Below are positions 19,432 through 29,540 of a stretch of 64,000 nt of DNA, piece by piece. The notes beneath the pieces are model-generated. The model was not told the origin of the DNA. It did not search any database and worked only from the letters and a program-made list of their open reading frames with translations. The stretch is taken from IMG/VR virus record IMGVR_UViG_3300006153_000003. One strand, 5' to 3'. The translations under genes and the position numbers were made by a program. This DNA is from a virus. Lineage: Duplodnaviria; Caudoviricetes. The first letter of the stretch is position 1; each line of letters opens with the position of its first letter.

Positions 19432-19680
19432 ATGGCTTGTGAAATATGTGGCAGAGAAGGCAGCCATGCATCTGGATGCCCGTATTATTATCCTGGGAAA
19501 CCCGTATACTACTGCTCTGCCTGTGGTGAAGGAATTTACGAAGGAGAAGAATATATTGATAACCGTGACGGTGAATATCGACATTACGATTGCTTTTGTG
19601 GAATGAGGGATCTGTTAGAATGGTTGGGTTATGAAGTGAAAACTATGGAAAATATTGAGGTGACATATGAGATGGATTAG
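19432..19680 (+). CDS. small zinc-finger protein
   Basis: CEIC...H..GC; CSAC...HYDC. Confidence 0.75.
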   Translation: MACEICGREGSHASGCPYYYPGKPVYYCSACGEGIYEGEEYIDNRDGEYRHYDCFCGMRDLLEWLGYEVKTMENIEVTYEMD

Positions 19681-19948
19681 TAGATTTGTAAAAAGAATAT
19701 TGGGAGTATATGAGCCTGAGTTTGAGTATTGGGTAAAGACAAAGGATATTAAAGTACCTGATAATTATAAAAAAAATAAGATTAGGGAAAAGAAATGGAA
19801 ACGCAAGATAAGATACTATCTTAGGACTGGAAAATTGGAATCTAAGATTTTATTGGATAAGGATTTCAATTTGAGAGATGGATTTAGCAGTGTAAAGATT
19901 GCTTATCTGAATGGGATTGATAAAGTGCCGGTGTATTTTGTGGATTGA
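19667..19948 (+). CDS. small ParB/Srx-like domain protein
   Basis: ILLDKDFNLRDG....AYLNGIDKVPV resembles the ParB-N core. Confidence 0.5.
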   Translation: MRWISRFVKRILGVYEPEFEYWVKTKDIKVPDNYKKNKIREKKWKRKIRYYLRTGKLESKILLDKDFNLRDGFSSVKIAYLNGIDKVPVYFVD

Positions 19949-19966
19949 GAAGGAGGTTGATTATCT

Positions 19967-20806
19967 TTGATATTAGGGAAGCATTATATGAAGAAATACA
20001 AATATGAAAATATTATGTTTTACCTTTATGAAAACAATATAAATAAATTAAAAGAAAATTTATTAGAGCATTTTGATGAGAAAAATTATAAAATCAATAT
20101 CAATTTTAAGAAAAATGAATTTATAGAATTAAACATCACTCACAACGATTTGATTGTCAATATACACTTTACTTATACACAACGTTTTTTTAAAAACTGT
20201 TATGAACTTAATGATGGGTATAATGCGAATAAATTTAAGGGAAGTAAAAAAGTATTATCAACAATTTATGAAGTTATTCGGTTATATTTTCCTATTATAA
20301 CAAAAAGAGAACCTTTATATTGTCATTGTTGCAACAAACTAATTGGATATATATTCAATGATTTTGATTATCCGAATAATGTTACTCCTTTAATTACAAA
20401 TAATGAACAAGATAAGGATCTATTATATGACGGTTATGACGTTAATTTCTGTGAAGATTGTAAAGAATATTTTTGCGATGATTGCATAACTGTGGATGAA
20501 TATATAGATGGTGTATTATGTGATGAATGTTTTAACAAGTTTCTTGACAAATATGATACAAGAACAGAAATAGAAAAAGAATGTGATGAAGACAATTTTA
20601 TAAAAAATTGGGCTCATTGTAGATATGAAAATTCTGATGATGATGAAAACGAAGATGATATACCAATGTGTTCAGAATGTGATCATTATTATGAGTGCCT
20701 TGACGATGCAGAAGACTCTGCTGATGGCTATAAATTATTCTGCGATTCAATCGTCGGCTGTGGATATGACTCAATGGAAGAGTTTTGGGAATGTAATGGG
20801 ATTTAA
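19967..20806 (+). CDS. Cys-rich acidic hypothetical protein
   Basis: Multiple CxxC motifs, acidic tail. Confidence 0.75.
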   Translation: MILGKHYMKKYKYENIMFYLYENNINKLKENLLEHFDEKNYKININFKKNEFIELNITHNDLIVNIHFTYTQRFFKNCYELNDGYNANKFKGSKKVLSTIYEVIRLYFPIITKREPLYCHCCNKLIGYIFNDFDYPNNVTPLITNNEQDKDLLYDGYDVNFCEDCKEYFCDDCITVDEYIDGVLCDECFNKFLDKYDTRTEIEKECDEDNFIKNWAHCRYENSDDDENEDDIPMCSECDHYYECLDDAEDSADGYKLFCDSIVGCGYDSMEEFWECNGI

Positions 20807-20818
20807 CGGAGGTACAAA

Positions 20819-23560
20819 TTGTTAGACAAGCAATATAATATGTATTCTGTAGATACTGGACATTTTTATAGCAATCATGAAAAATACTTACACAATATGA
20901 ATTGTAAATATCGTAAAGAACGTAATTATGTTCTGAACAAATTACCGGAAATCGAAAAAAAATTAATGCAATACGGATATACAGAGGATGATCTTAAGAA
21001 TCTTAAAAATGAAAAGATTGAAAAAATTGATATTATTGAGTCTTCTTATGATATGATTTCTAAATATTTACATTGGGTAAGATTAATTAAGCACAAAAGA
21101 AAAAAAGCGAAAGAATCAAAAGAGGAATTGCTTACTCTTCTATCAAATAAAGTCATTCAAAATGAATTAACAGATGGCAAAGATCATATTCGGATAATAA
21201 AAGAAGATAGTATAAATGATACAAATATTATTTCCGTTTTTGATTCATCACTTAGCAGAATTATTGGCATCAAGCAAGATGAATTAACAGAAGCTTTAAT
21301 AGTAGTCCAAGTATATTATTTTGATGTATTCAAAGATATTTCATTCTATGGTTTTAAATACAAAGGTAAAAAATATAAATATTTTACTTCTTCTGCAGGA
21401 CAAATTCGAAAAAAGAAAGCTGTATTTATTAAGGAATCTGTGTGGAATAAGATTGAAAAAAGTATCATGTGTGGTTTGACAATAGGAAAAATCAATTCAA
21501 AAGGAGGGAATAATGTTAATAAGCATTTAGCTTATATGGCTCTAACAAATTCCGCGACTGATGAGTGGAAAGAATTTAATATTGATAAGTCTATTGTTAT
21601 TGATGATTTTGAGACTAACGTATATGGTACTTTTGACTTCGTAGATGATGTTGACTATTCGATTACAAGAAAAACAGATTATGTTCCAATACCTCATACT
21701 GACGGAGCTGGCATGATACTACCCTCAATTTCTAAAAAAAATTTTATGTTTCGTGCCCCTTGGATTAAAGGATTGTTAGGTGTATTTGATTTTAAGAAGT
21801 TTGTAGAGATAAATAACTACTCTCCTATTATTACAGATATTTACGGAAAAAAATATGATATTATTAAAGAAGATATCCAAATTATCTTTACAAAATCCCA
21901 GTTTAAAATGTGGAAGTATTACGATTCCTGGGATGAGTACAAGGTATATTTTAAAAAGTATCAATGTGAAGCTGGTAAATGTAATATTGAAGAAGATAGA
22001 ATTAAGAATGCAAAGATAAATTATCAGATGCTTCAAACACTAACAAACATTACAGATGAGGAAATTGATTTGCTTACTCAGAAATCGTCTGAACGAATTA
22101 GTAATATCTGTAGTTCAAAAGAAACTATGATGGATATTCTTGGTATCACACCCTATAATACAAATATGTCTTCATTTCAAAAAGCGGTAAAATTGTATCC
22201 TGCCTTATTGAATGATACATATGCAAAAGATGTTATTCGAGAAGTGAAAAACAGTCTTCTTAAAAAGTACCGTAGTGGAAAACTTGAAGTAACTGGGAAA
22301 TATACATTTTTACTCCCTGATTTTTATGCAGCTTGTGAATATTGGTTTGGACACATTGATGAACCAAAAGGATTATTAGATGATAAAGAAGTATTTTGTT
22401 GGCTATTTAAACAGTATGATAAATTGGATTGTTTGAGAAGCCCACACTTATATAAAGAACATGCTATTAGATTCAACGTTGCTAATAAGGGTTATGGTGA
22501 ACGAGCAAAGCAAATAAAGGAATGGTTCATTACTAATGGAATTTATGCTAGTACCCATGATTTAATAAGTAAAATACTTATGTATGATGTTGATGGAGAT
22601 AAAAGTTTAGTAGTTGCTGACAAAACCTTTGTTAGAATTGCAGAGCGTAATATGAATGGCATTGTTCCGTTATACTACAATATGCGCAAGGCAGAACCAA
22701 CAGAATTAAACAATAAAAATATTTACGCTGGACTTAACGCTGCTTTTACCGGAGGAAACATCGGTATTTACAGTAATAATATATCCAAAATTTGGAATGA
22801 CGATGTATTTATAAATGGATCAGAAGAAGATAAACAAAAGGCTATTGATTGTGTAAAAAGATTATGTTGTCAAAATAACTTTGTGATTGATTATGCTAAA
22901 ACCTTATATAAGCCAGAATTTCCTCGTGATATTAATGAACAAATTTCTAAATTCACAAATGGAAAATTGCCTGCGTTCTTTAGATTTGCAAAAGATAAAG
23001 AAAAATCCCAGGTAAAAGATCGAAATCAGAGTTTTGTAAATAAAATTTATGATAGAATACCAAATAAACCAATTAATACTAGGGGTATGCACCTTGGTAA
23101 TATTGATTATAAAATGCTGATGGAGAATCCAGAAATTATTTGTACTAAAGAAGTATCTAATTTATATGATATGTTAAATAAACAATATAGATATATGATT
23201 AATATGAAGGATGAATACATCGATAACTTAAGATATGTAGCATGTAAAATCAGAGAAGAATTTGACGAGTTTGGATATTCTAGTGAAACTATTTCGGATA
23301 TGCTTGTTGAATACTTATATGGTAAAGGGAAACGCTACAAACAATTGTTATGGTTCTGTTATGGACAATATGTTGTGAATAATTTAGAAAAGAATATTAC
23401 AGGTAAAAAAGTCAAAATAATTCAATGTATTGATTGTGGTGAATGGATTGAAGTTGATTCAAAAGACAACAAAACTTGTAGATGTGAATTGTGTAAAACA
23501 ATTTATAAAAAGAACTATCATAAAGAATATATGAGAAATAAAAGAAGTTTGTTAAGTTAG
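20819..23560 (+). CDS. yonO: YonO-like single-subunit (two-barrel) DNA-dependent RNA polymerase
   Basis: 913 aa; HTDGAG, R.PWIKG, RSP, catalytic DVDGD, NFVIDYAKT; C-terminal zinc ribbon; SPbeta-like synteny. Confidence 0.9.
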   Translation: MLDKQYNMYSVDTGHFYSNHEKYLHNMNCKYRKERNYVLNKLPEIEKKLMQYGYTEDDLKNLKNEKIEKIDIIESSYDMISKYLHWVRLIKHKRKKAKESKEELLTLLSNKVIQNELTDGKDHIRIIKEDSINDTNIISVFDSSLSRIIGIKQDELTEALIVVQVYYFDVFKDISFYGFKYKGKKYKYFTSSAGQIRKKKAVFIKESVWNKIEKSIMCGLTIGKINSKGGNNVNKHLAYMALTNSATDEWKEFNIDKSIVIDDFETNVYGTFDFVDDVDYSITRKTDYVPIPHTDGAGMILPSISKKNFMFRAPWIKGLLGVFDFKKFVEINNYSPIITDIYGKKYDIIKEDIQIIFTKSQFKMWKYYDSWDEYKVYFKKYQCEAGKCNIEEDRIKNAKINYQMLQTLTNITDEEIDLLTQKSSERISNICSSKETMMDILGITPYNTNMSSFQKAVKLYPALLNDTYAKDVIREVKNSLLKKYRSGKLEVTGKYTFLLPDFYAACEYWFGHIDEPKGLLDDKEVFCWLFKQYDKLDCLRSPHLYKEHAIRFNVANKGYGERAKQIKEWFITNGIYASTHDLISKILMYDVDGDKSLVVADKTFVRIAERNMNGIVPLYYNMRKAEPTELNNKNIYAGLNAAFTGGNIGIYSNNISKIWNDDVFINGSEEDKQKAIDCVKRLCCQNNFVIDYAKTLYKPEFPRDINEQISKFTNGKLPAFFRFAKDKEKSQVKDRNQSFVNKIYDRIPNKPINTRGMHLGNIDYKMLMENPEIICTKEVSNLYDMLNKQYRYMINMKDEYIDNLRYVACKIREEFDEFGYSSETISDMLVEYLYGKGKRYKQLLWFCYGQYVVNNLEKNITGKKVKIIQCIDCGEWIEVDSKDNKTCRCELCKTIYKKNYHKEYMRNKRSLLS

Positions 23561-23772
23561 CAAATGTTTTTGAAATAGTTCGTAAATAACGAATGAATAA
23601 TGAATATGAAAAATAAAATAATCCGTAAATAACGTATTTTCTTTTGTGTATATATAGGAAAGACATATCGTTAAATAACTAAATGTACAAATATTGTACA
23701 ATGTTATCTTTTACAAAATAAGATATGTTATCATAATCGAATTCGGAAAAAGATTGGAGGTAGGCTGAACAT

Positions 23773-24078
23773 TTGATTATTACACAAGACTCCTTAATAA
23801 AACAAATAGCAGATAAAGAAGATATTAATGTGGCAACGGTTCGAAATATATTTAAATCAGCAGAAGATATTATTTTTGACCACTTATCTTCTACTACTCC
23901 ATCTGAAAATATAATTATAAAAATATTGAATGGAATTAGTTTAGAAAGAAAATACATACCTAAGAGGATATATACTAAAGGTATGTTTAAAAACATTGAT
24001 TGTCCAGAACATGTAAATATAAAAGTCAACTCATCTACATATTATACAAGAAGAATTAATGACAAATTGTTTTCATAA
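23773..24078 (+). CDS. HU/IHF-like DNA-binding protein (divergent)
   Basis: TQDSLIKQIADKEDINVATVRNIF helix pattern plus beta arm. Confidence 0.65.
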   Translation: MIITQDSLIKQIADKEDINVATVRNIFKSAEDIIFDHLSSTTPSENIIIKILNGISLERKYIPKRIYTKGMFKNIDCPEHVNIKVNSSTYYTRRINDKLFS

Positions 24079-24130
24079 TAAAAGTCAAAATCCCCATTGG
24101 ATAAAACCAATGGGTACATAAAAATACAAT

Positions 24131-24758
24131 AATGAATATTTTCTCGTATTTTCAAATAACTCAGTGAAGAATGGTTTAGTCACCATGCTGAGAATATACG
24201 GATGCTGCCAAATTAATTCTTGGGATACTTAGAATGGATTTGGTCCGAAATATTGCGAAATATATTAGGATAAAAGATAAAATCTCAAAAGCAAGTATAT
24301 GTACTGAGAGTAAACGTAGTAAAATGCTGTCGTCTGGTCGCTGATATAATAGAGAGCTGCGCTGCAGTGCACAACCCTGATGCCTATAGCCTGATAACCT
24401 ATAGGAATTGAGTAAGTAAGGGAAATATCACACCAAGTCAGTTTGTCGTGAGGATTCAGAAATGAATCGTATAAGACCAGTTGGACGAACAAGTAGCCTA
24501 AGACAAGCACATTAATGAATCTGTATTTGTTATATTAGCAAGTAAAACAAATATTATAAAAGAAAACATACTTCTGAATGATAGGTGAACGTTATTCGTA
24601 ACCAATCGAATACACACGGAGACAGATGTATTTCTGTTGGGTAAGAAGTTTATGGTCGACGGGTCATAGACTCAGACTTATCTAGGTGTTTGCATAATAT
24701 TATTGCGTTTACGGAGGCAACCTGAAGGGGTATTTGAAAATACGAGAAAGTATTCATT
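24131..24758 (+). ncRNA. large structured ncRNA (ROOL/GOLLD-like)
   Basis: 28-bp closing helix 24131-24158/24731-24758 (single G-U on + strand); many internal hairpins; no credible ORF; directly upstream of tRNAs. Confidence 0.7.
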
Positions 24759-24824
24759 CTATTTTTCATTTTTTCTCATATGGGTGGCGGTGCTACTGTT
24801 CTGGTAGTATCGTCATCTGTTCTT

Positions 24825-24897
24825 GTGTCTATAACTCAATTGGTAGAGTAATCGGCTTTTAACCGATAGGTTTTGGGTTCAAGTCCCAATAGGCACA
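24825..24897 (+). tRNA. tRNA-Lys(TTT)
   Basis: Cloverleaf: GTGTCTA/TAGGCAC acceptor, ATCGG-CTTTTAA-CCGAT, TTCAAGT T-loop. Confidence 0.93.
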
Positions 24898-24899
24898 TT

Positions 24900-24979
24900 G
24901 CTGGCGGGTGGAACGGATATATAAACCATACCAGGCTCATACCCTGCGTGATACTCAGTTCGACTCTGGGGCTTCAGCA
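24900..24979 (+). tRNA. degenerate tRNA(CAT), Met/Ile2-like, possibly pseudo
   Basis: CAGG-CTCATAC-CCTG anticodon arm and good T arm; mismatched acceptor and irregular D arm. Confidence 0.5.
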
Positions 24980-25178
24980 ATTTTGTGAAGAGTTACAATT
25001 CTGTAGCTCTTTTTTTGTTATTTCATATAGGGTGATTACTACCCTGTCGTTTTGTGAAATTTTTATGCTTCATAAAATTTCTCCTTACTTGGGGTGATTG
25101 TTGCAGCAGTCACTCTATATGAAATAACAAAAGCGTTATCTGCAAATAACGATTAATAAAGGAGAGACAAAAAGTTAT

Positions 25179-26045
25179 ATGGTTAAAAAATTTACGAAAC
25201 GACAACTACTAGTTCAATGTGGATTTACCGCAGAAGATACTCAAATTATTCTTGATTACCAAAAGAAACTTCCAATATTATTAGAAGATAATGATACTTG
25301 GATAAACGCAAAAGATTTATGGGAACAATTGAAAGTAAAAGACAAATATACAGATTGGATTAAAACCCAGATAAAAACTTTTGAATTAATAGAAAATATT
25401 AGTTATATGACGAATTCGGTTCAAACCGAAATCGCAAATAATGGTTCAAAAAAAATAACAGAATATCAGATTAAGGTAGAAACCGCTAAAAGTATTACTT
25501 TGGTTATAGGATATAAAGGTGGTAATATATCTAAAGAATTAAAGGAAAATAGCAAACTCGCTCATAAGTATTTTATTCTTATGGAAAAAGCAGTAAAAAG
25601 AAACATCGAATGGGAACTAATCCGTTATCCTCTCCGTGAAGGTTACAAGAAAATGCAGAACGCATTAAATCAATATATGAATCGTATAGTTCAGAGAAAT
25701 GCTGATGATTGGGATTATAGTATGGAGGCAGATGCACTTAATATAATTGCAACTGGTTTTCCTGCAAAAGAAATTAGATTGTTTGTTGGATGTAAAGATA
25801 ATATTACAAGAGATAGTTTGACAGCTACATATAATGAATATTTAATGAAACTCCAAGAATTAAATATTATATATCTTGGTATGAATATGAATCGCTATGA
25901 ACGCTATAAAATGCTTAAACAATCTTTTGATATTTTGTTTCCAAATGCAATACCAATTAAAGATGATATTGATATTAACAAGATTCAAGCATATAAACAG
26001 AAATTATTAGATGAAACAAAAGAGAAAGTTCAAAGGGCAGCTTAA
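25179..26045 (+). CDS. AntA/AntB-type antirepressor domain protein
   Basis: INAKDLWEQLKVKDKYTDWIK...EYQIKVETAK...HKYFILMEK. Confidence 0.75.
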   Translation: MVKKFTKRQLLVQCGFTAEDTQIILDYQKKLPILLEDNDTWINAKDLWEQLKVKDKYTDWIKTQIKTFELIENISYMTNSVQTEIANNGSKKITEYQIKVETAKSITLVIGYKGGNISKELKENSKLAHKYFILMEKAVKRNIEWELIRYPLREGYKKMQNALNQYMNRIVQRNADDWDYSMEADALNIIATGFPAKEIRLFVGCKDNITRDSLTATYNEYLMKLQELNIIYLGMNMNRYERYKMLKQSFDILFPNAIPIKDDIDINKIQAYKQKLLDETKEKVQRAA

Positions 26046-26069
26046 TTACTGCCCTACTTTATATACTAT

Positions 26070-26142
26070 CGCAGATTATGTTGGAGTGGTTCCACACATG
26101 GCTCATAACCATGGTACACGAGTTCGAATCTCGTATCTGCAA
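26070..26142 (+). tRNA. tRNA-Met(CAT), initiator-like
   Basis: C1:A72 mismatch, CATGG-CTCATAA-CCATG, ACGAG-TTCGAAT-CTCGT; atypical D arm. Confidence 0.75.
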
Positions 26143-26211
26143 TTGTTTTGTCTGTTTAGTATAAACAGTCCTCCGTAGCCAGGCTCTTCGTTAACAGTCC
26201 GATATTATCTT

Positions 26212-26284
26212 TGGCATATAGCTCAGTTGGTAGAGCACTTGTCTGTTAAACAAGATGTCACAGGTTCGATCCCTGTTGTGCCAG
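26212..26284 (+). tRNA. tRNA-Asn(GTT)
   Basis: Canonical cloverleaf, CTTGT-CTGTTAA-ACAAG. Confidence 0.93.
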
Positions 26285-26331
26285 CTACTCTCCTACCTGG
26301 GGAGAATTTAGATGAAAGCGAGTGAAATACA

Positions 26332-26502
26332 ATAGTTAAGATTTCAAAGAAAGAAATGCAGTATTTAGTAAGTAAAGGAATACGTTTTGGCGAAAATGGG
26401 ATCAGCCATACTACAGCCAGACATCGGCGAAATTATTGGTGTACTGAGAATAAGAAATGTATGTCATTACTAAATGAGTATCGTAAGAGAGTTACTAAGT
26501 AA
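26332..26502 (+). CDS. small basic protein, probable ATA start
   Basis: Read by hand: (M)VKISKKEMQYLVSKGIRFGENG...; RBS-like GAGTG 7 nt upstream. Confidence 0.55.
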   Translation: MVKISKKEMQYLVSKGIRFGENGISHTTARHRRNYWCTENKKCMSLLNEYRKRVTK

Positions 26503-26511
26503 TATTTTCTC

Positions 26512-26811
26512 ATGAAAAGAATAATGTATAAAGGTTTTTGTATTGACAAAACAAAAACCGGATACCGTATTTCAAGACAATCTGACTCCTCTATTCATAC
26601 ACATCTGCGAAATTTATCTCCTAGTTACAAAATGATTGAGAATATTGTAAGGGAACGTATACCGAAGAGATGTGCTTTGTATTATATTCAATCTCATATA
26701 CGTTTGGCAGATGATGGTGAATACAGAAGAAAATTACAGAATTATTACAACGTAAAAGTAAATAAAGGGGAAAAGCAAGCTTACTACAATCCTAGTAAAA
26801 AACGATTTTAA
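26512..26811 (+). CDS. hypothetical phage protein
   Basis: 99-aa ORF. Confidence 0.7.
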   Translation: MKRIMYKGFCIDKTKTGYRISRQSDSSIHTHLRNLSPSYKMIENIVRERIPKRCALYYIQSHIRLADDGEYRRKLQNYYNVKVNKGEKQAYYNPSKKRF

Positions 26812-26831
26812 AAAAGAAAGGAATATTACAT

Positions 26832-27044
26832 ATGGCTAATTTTTCATATAAGAGAACCGAAACGACTACATTAAAAGCTGCAGGAGTTATTGATAGTGAC
26901 AGAATGGTCATTGAAGTCAATGGGGAAGAGAAAAAATTGTCTACTCTCCTATCTGATTTTAACGGCGGTGAAATTGAAATTAATATTAAGGTAAAAAGTG
27001 AGGAAGAACTTGATCCACCAGAATCCTCAGATGAAGAAGATTAA
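26832..27044 (+). CDS. YonK-like small protein
   Basis: Size, LKAAGVID...LLSDFNGGEIEINIK pattern, position before YonJ-like gene. Confidence 0.6.
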   Translation: MANFSYKRTETTTLKAAGVIDSDRMVIEVNGEEKKLSTLLSDFNGGEIEINIKVKSEEELDPPESSDEED

Positions 27045-27058
27045 TGATAGGAAAGTAG

Positions 27059-28270
27059 GTGACTACTTTGTTTGATACTACGAAGAAAGAAACCGAGAAC
27101 GAATACCAATACTTATGGAGATTGGGGCAGGCTAAAGATTCTGGGTTATTGGATATGGACTGGAACGGTATCTCCGATCTTATGAATAGGTATTTTGGCG
27201 ATCCAGACAAACCATTTTCTGAAGCGGCCTGGCGTAAGCCTTACAGTTCAGCTAAGAAATTTATGGAAGCGAAAGTTTTTAGAAAATTGGATGGAGAAGA
27301 ATATTCCAAAGAAATACAAGTTCAAAAACAAGAACTTGAGAAAGAGCGTATAAAAGTTCGTGATGAAAGAAATGAATTGCGCAGAATTATCCGTGAAGAA
27401 GCCCGGAAGGAAAGTTATAAAGAACAACTTCTTAGGAGTGTTTCTGAATACCAGTGCTCTCCTCTGTCTTATGACGAATCCAAACAATTCACGGGAATTT
27501 TAAAGACAGACAATGATTTACTGATCTCATTTTTTGATATTCATGCCGGTATAGAGATCTGTAATTTTTGGAACGAATTCAATGAAAACATTTTGAAAGA
27601 ACGAATCAATCATTATTTAGATCGAATTTTTGAAATTCAGTTACGTCATGGTTCTGAGAATGCATACGTCGTTCTAAGTGAATTGACATCCGGGTTTATC
27701 CACCCTACGCTGCGAATTGAAAACAATCAGGATATGATTGAACAGTTTTTATGTGTGACGAATTACATATCTGAATTTTTATCTGAACTGAGTTATCATT
27801 TCAATAATGTCTATGTGCATATCGCGCCTGGGAATCACGGGAGGTTATCCCCTAAAAAAGAAGACAATATTACAAATGAGAATATGGATAATTTGGTATT
27901 ACCATTTTTAGAGGCAAAATTGCAGAATTTTAATAATGTAAAATGTTATAAGAATACTGTAGAGCAGTCTATTGCGATATTTAATATTCGTAATTCTAAA
28001 GTGTTTAGTTCTCATGGTGATAAAGAGAACATGCAGAATGCAATTGAGAAAATGACATTATTTGTCGGAATCAAACCGGATATTTATTTAACTGGACATC
28101 GACATTTTAATTCAATGAGTACAGTATATGATTCTAAAGTTATACAAGCCGGTTGTCTGTCGGGACCAGATACGTATTGTATAGATCATAGACTTAGAAA
28201 CCGTCCTGAGCAAGTAGTTGTTGTTATCAACAATAATGGTTTGGATTGTCTATACGATGTGAAATTTTAA
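27059..28270 (+). CDS. calcineurin-like metallophosphoesterase (YonJ-like)
   Basis: DIH, GNHG, HGD and GHRH motifs; N-terminal coiled coil. Confidence 0.85.
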   Translation: MTTLFDTTKKETENEYQYLWRLGQAKDSGLLDMDWNGISDLMNRYFGDPDKPFSEAAWRKPYSSAKKFMEAKVFRKLDGEEYSKEIQVQKQELEKERIKVRDERNELRRIIREEARKESYKEQLLRSVSEYQCSPLSYDESKQFTGILKTDNDLLISFFDIHAGIEICNFWNEFNENILKERINHYLDRIFEIQLRHGSENAYVVLSELTSGFIHPTLRIENNQDMIEQFLCVTNYISEFLSELSYHFNNVYVHIAPGNHGRLSPKKEDNITNENMDNLVLPFLEAKLQNFNNVKCYKNTVEQSIAIFNIRNSKVFSSHGDKENMQNAIEKMTLFVGIKPDIYLTGHRHFNSMSTVYDSKVIQAGCLSGPDTYCIDHRLRNRPEQVVVVINNNGLDCLYDVKF

Positions 28271-28501
28271 TGTATAGACTATATCCCTGAATAACAAAGA
28301 AAACAGAGAGTATCGGTTACACGGCTATCCGATTAATAAAGCGCCGAGAGATGAGAGTGGATTGACTGTCACTGGCTAAAAATAACAGTTATCGCAACTA
28401 CTCAAATGCGGTTTTATAGAATTGACAAGGTAGAGCAGGTATGGATGACCTGTTTTTATATTTAAAAAATAAAAAAAAAGAATTAAAAAAGGAGCAAAAA
28501 T

Positions 28502-28798
28502 ATGAATAAAGCTATGAATAAAGCAGAATTAATTGACCAGGTATCAAAGAGGACAGATATGACCAAGAAGGATGTTGAAAAGGTACTGGGTACTTTTACG
28601 GATGTTGTGACTGAGACATTGGTTGCTGGTGATAAAGTAAGCATCGTAGGTTTTGGAACATTTGAGACGGTTGAACGCGCTGCTAGAACTGCTAGAAATC
28701 CACGCACTGGTGAGACTGTGGAAGTTGGACCTTCTAAGGCACCTAAGTTTAAGGCTGGGAAGAATTTGAAGGAAGCTGTAAAAACTCAGGCGAGATAG
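28502..28798 (+). CDS. hup: HU family DNA-binding protein
   Basis: MNKAELI...GFGTFE..ERAARTARNPRTGE...PKFKAGKNLKEAV. Confidence 0.96.
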   Translation: MNKAMNKAELIDQVSKRTDMTKKDVEKVLGTFTDVVTETLVAGDKVSIVGFGTFETVERAARTARNPRTGETVEVGPSKAPKFKAGKNLKEAVKTQAR

Positions 28799-28811
28799 GA
28801 GTAAAAAATAA

Positions 28812-29390
28812 ATGAAGCGATTAACATATACAGATTATGAAGAGTTTATTTATGATGCTACAGAAGTTTTAGAAACTTTGGATGCAGAAAATCCAAGTAT
28901 TGCATTTATCGCAAAGTATACAGAAGCTAACGAAATTGTCAAAACATTAGTAAGTATGGATTATGATGTTGTTTCTATAGATTTGCATAAAGAAGGATTT
29001 GAAAACTATTTTGACGAATATATTATCAAATTAAATTCCTGTGGCATTTGGTGTTACAAATTTAAAACTAAGAATACTAAAAATAGTTATCTTCAATATG
29101 AACCATCTGTTACATACGTCATGGATAATTGCTGCTCTAAGGTACTTAAATATTGTGGATCTGATTTTGTATATGAAGTCTGTGTCGGTGAAGAAAATGA
29201 TGAAGATAGTGCTGTAGAATCTACTCGTATAGATATTATAAGGAATGATATAGGTACTCCAATCGGTTTTACCAAAAGCTGGATTTTTACTAAAGATGGC
29301 ATGAGTTCTTATTCGTCATATACCCATCATAATGATGATGTGGATAAATTGAGAGAAATTGCTGAGAATTTTGGAGTTGATTTGGATTAG
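28812..29390 (+). CDS. hypothetical phage protein
   Basis: 192-aa ORF with GGAG RBS. Confidence 0.8.
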   Translation: MKRLTYTDYEEFIYDATEVLETLDAENPSIAFIAKYTEANEIVKTLVSMDYDVVSIDLHKEGFENYFDEYIIKLNSCGIWCYKFKTKNTKNSYLQYEPSVTYVMDNCCSKVLKYCGSDFVYEVCVGEENDEDSAVESTRIDIIRNDIGTPIGFTKSWIFTKDGMSSYSSYTHHNDDVDKLREIAENFGVDLD

Positions 29391-29540
29391 TATCTGATAC
29401 TTAATCAGAGTTTATAAATGTAGGACTTGCATTCTGAAAAATTGGATGTAGGCTCTTTTAGAGATATGGTATTGGTGAAAGTGAATACCCTACCAGTGAT
29501 GAGACTGGTTAATCATAGAACGGAAGGAAGTGAACATTTT

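Noticed and set aside
24265-25097. ORFs 24265..24510(-) and 24873..25097(+)
   Set aside because: Overlap the large structured RNA and tRNA genes
29475-29515. Hammerhead ribozyme (GAAA and TGATGAG nearby)
   Set aside because: Core is GTGATGAG rather than CTGATGA and forms a simple hairpin loop; the required three-stem geometry is absent
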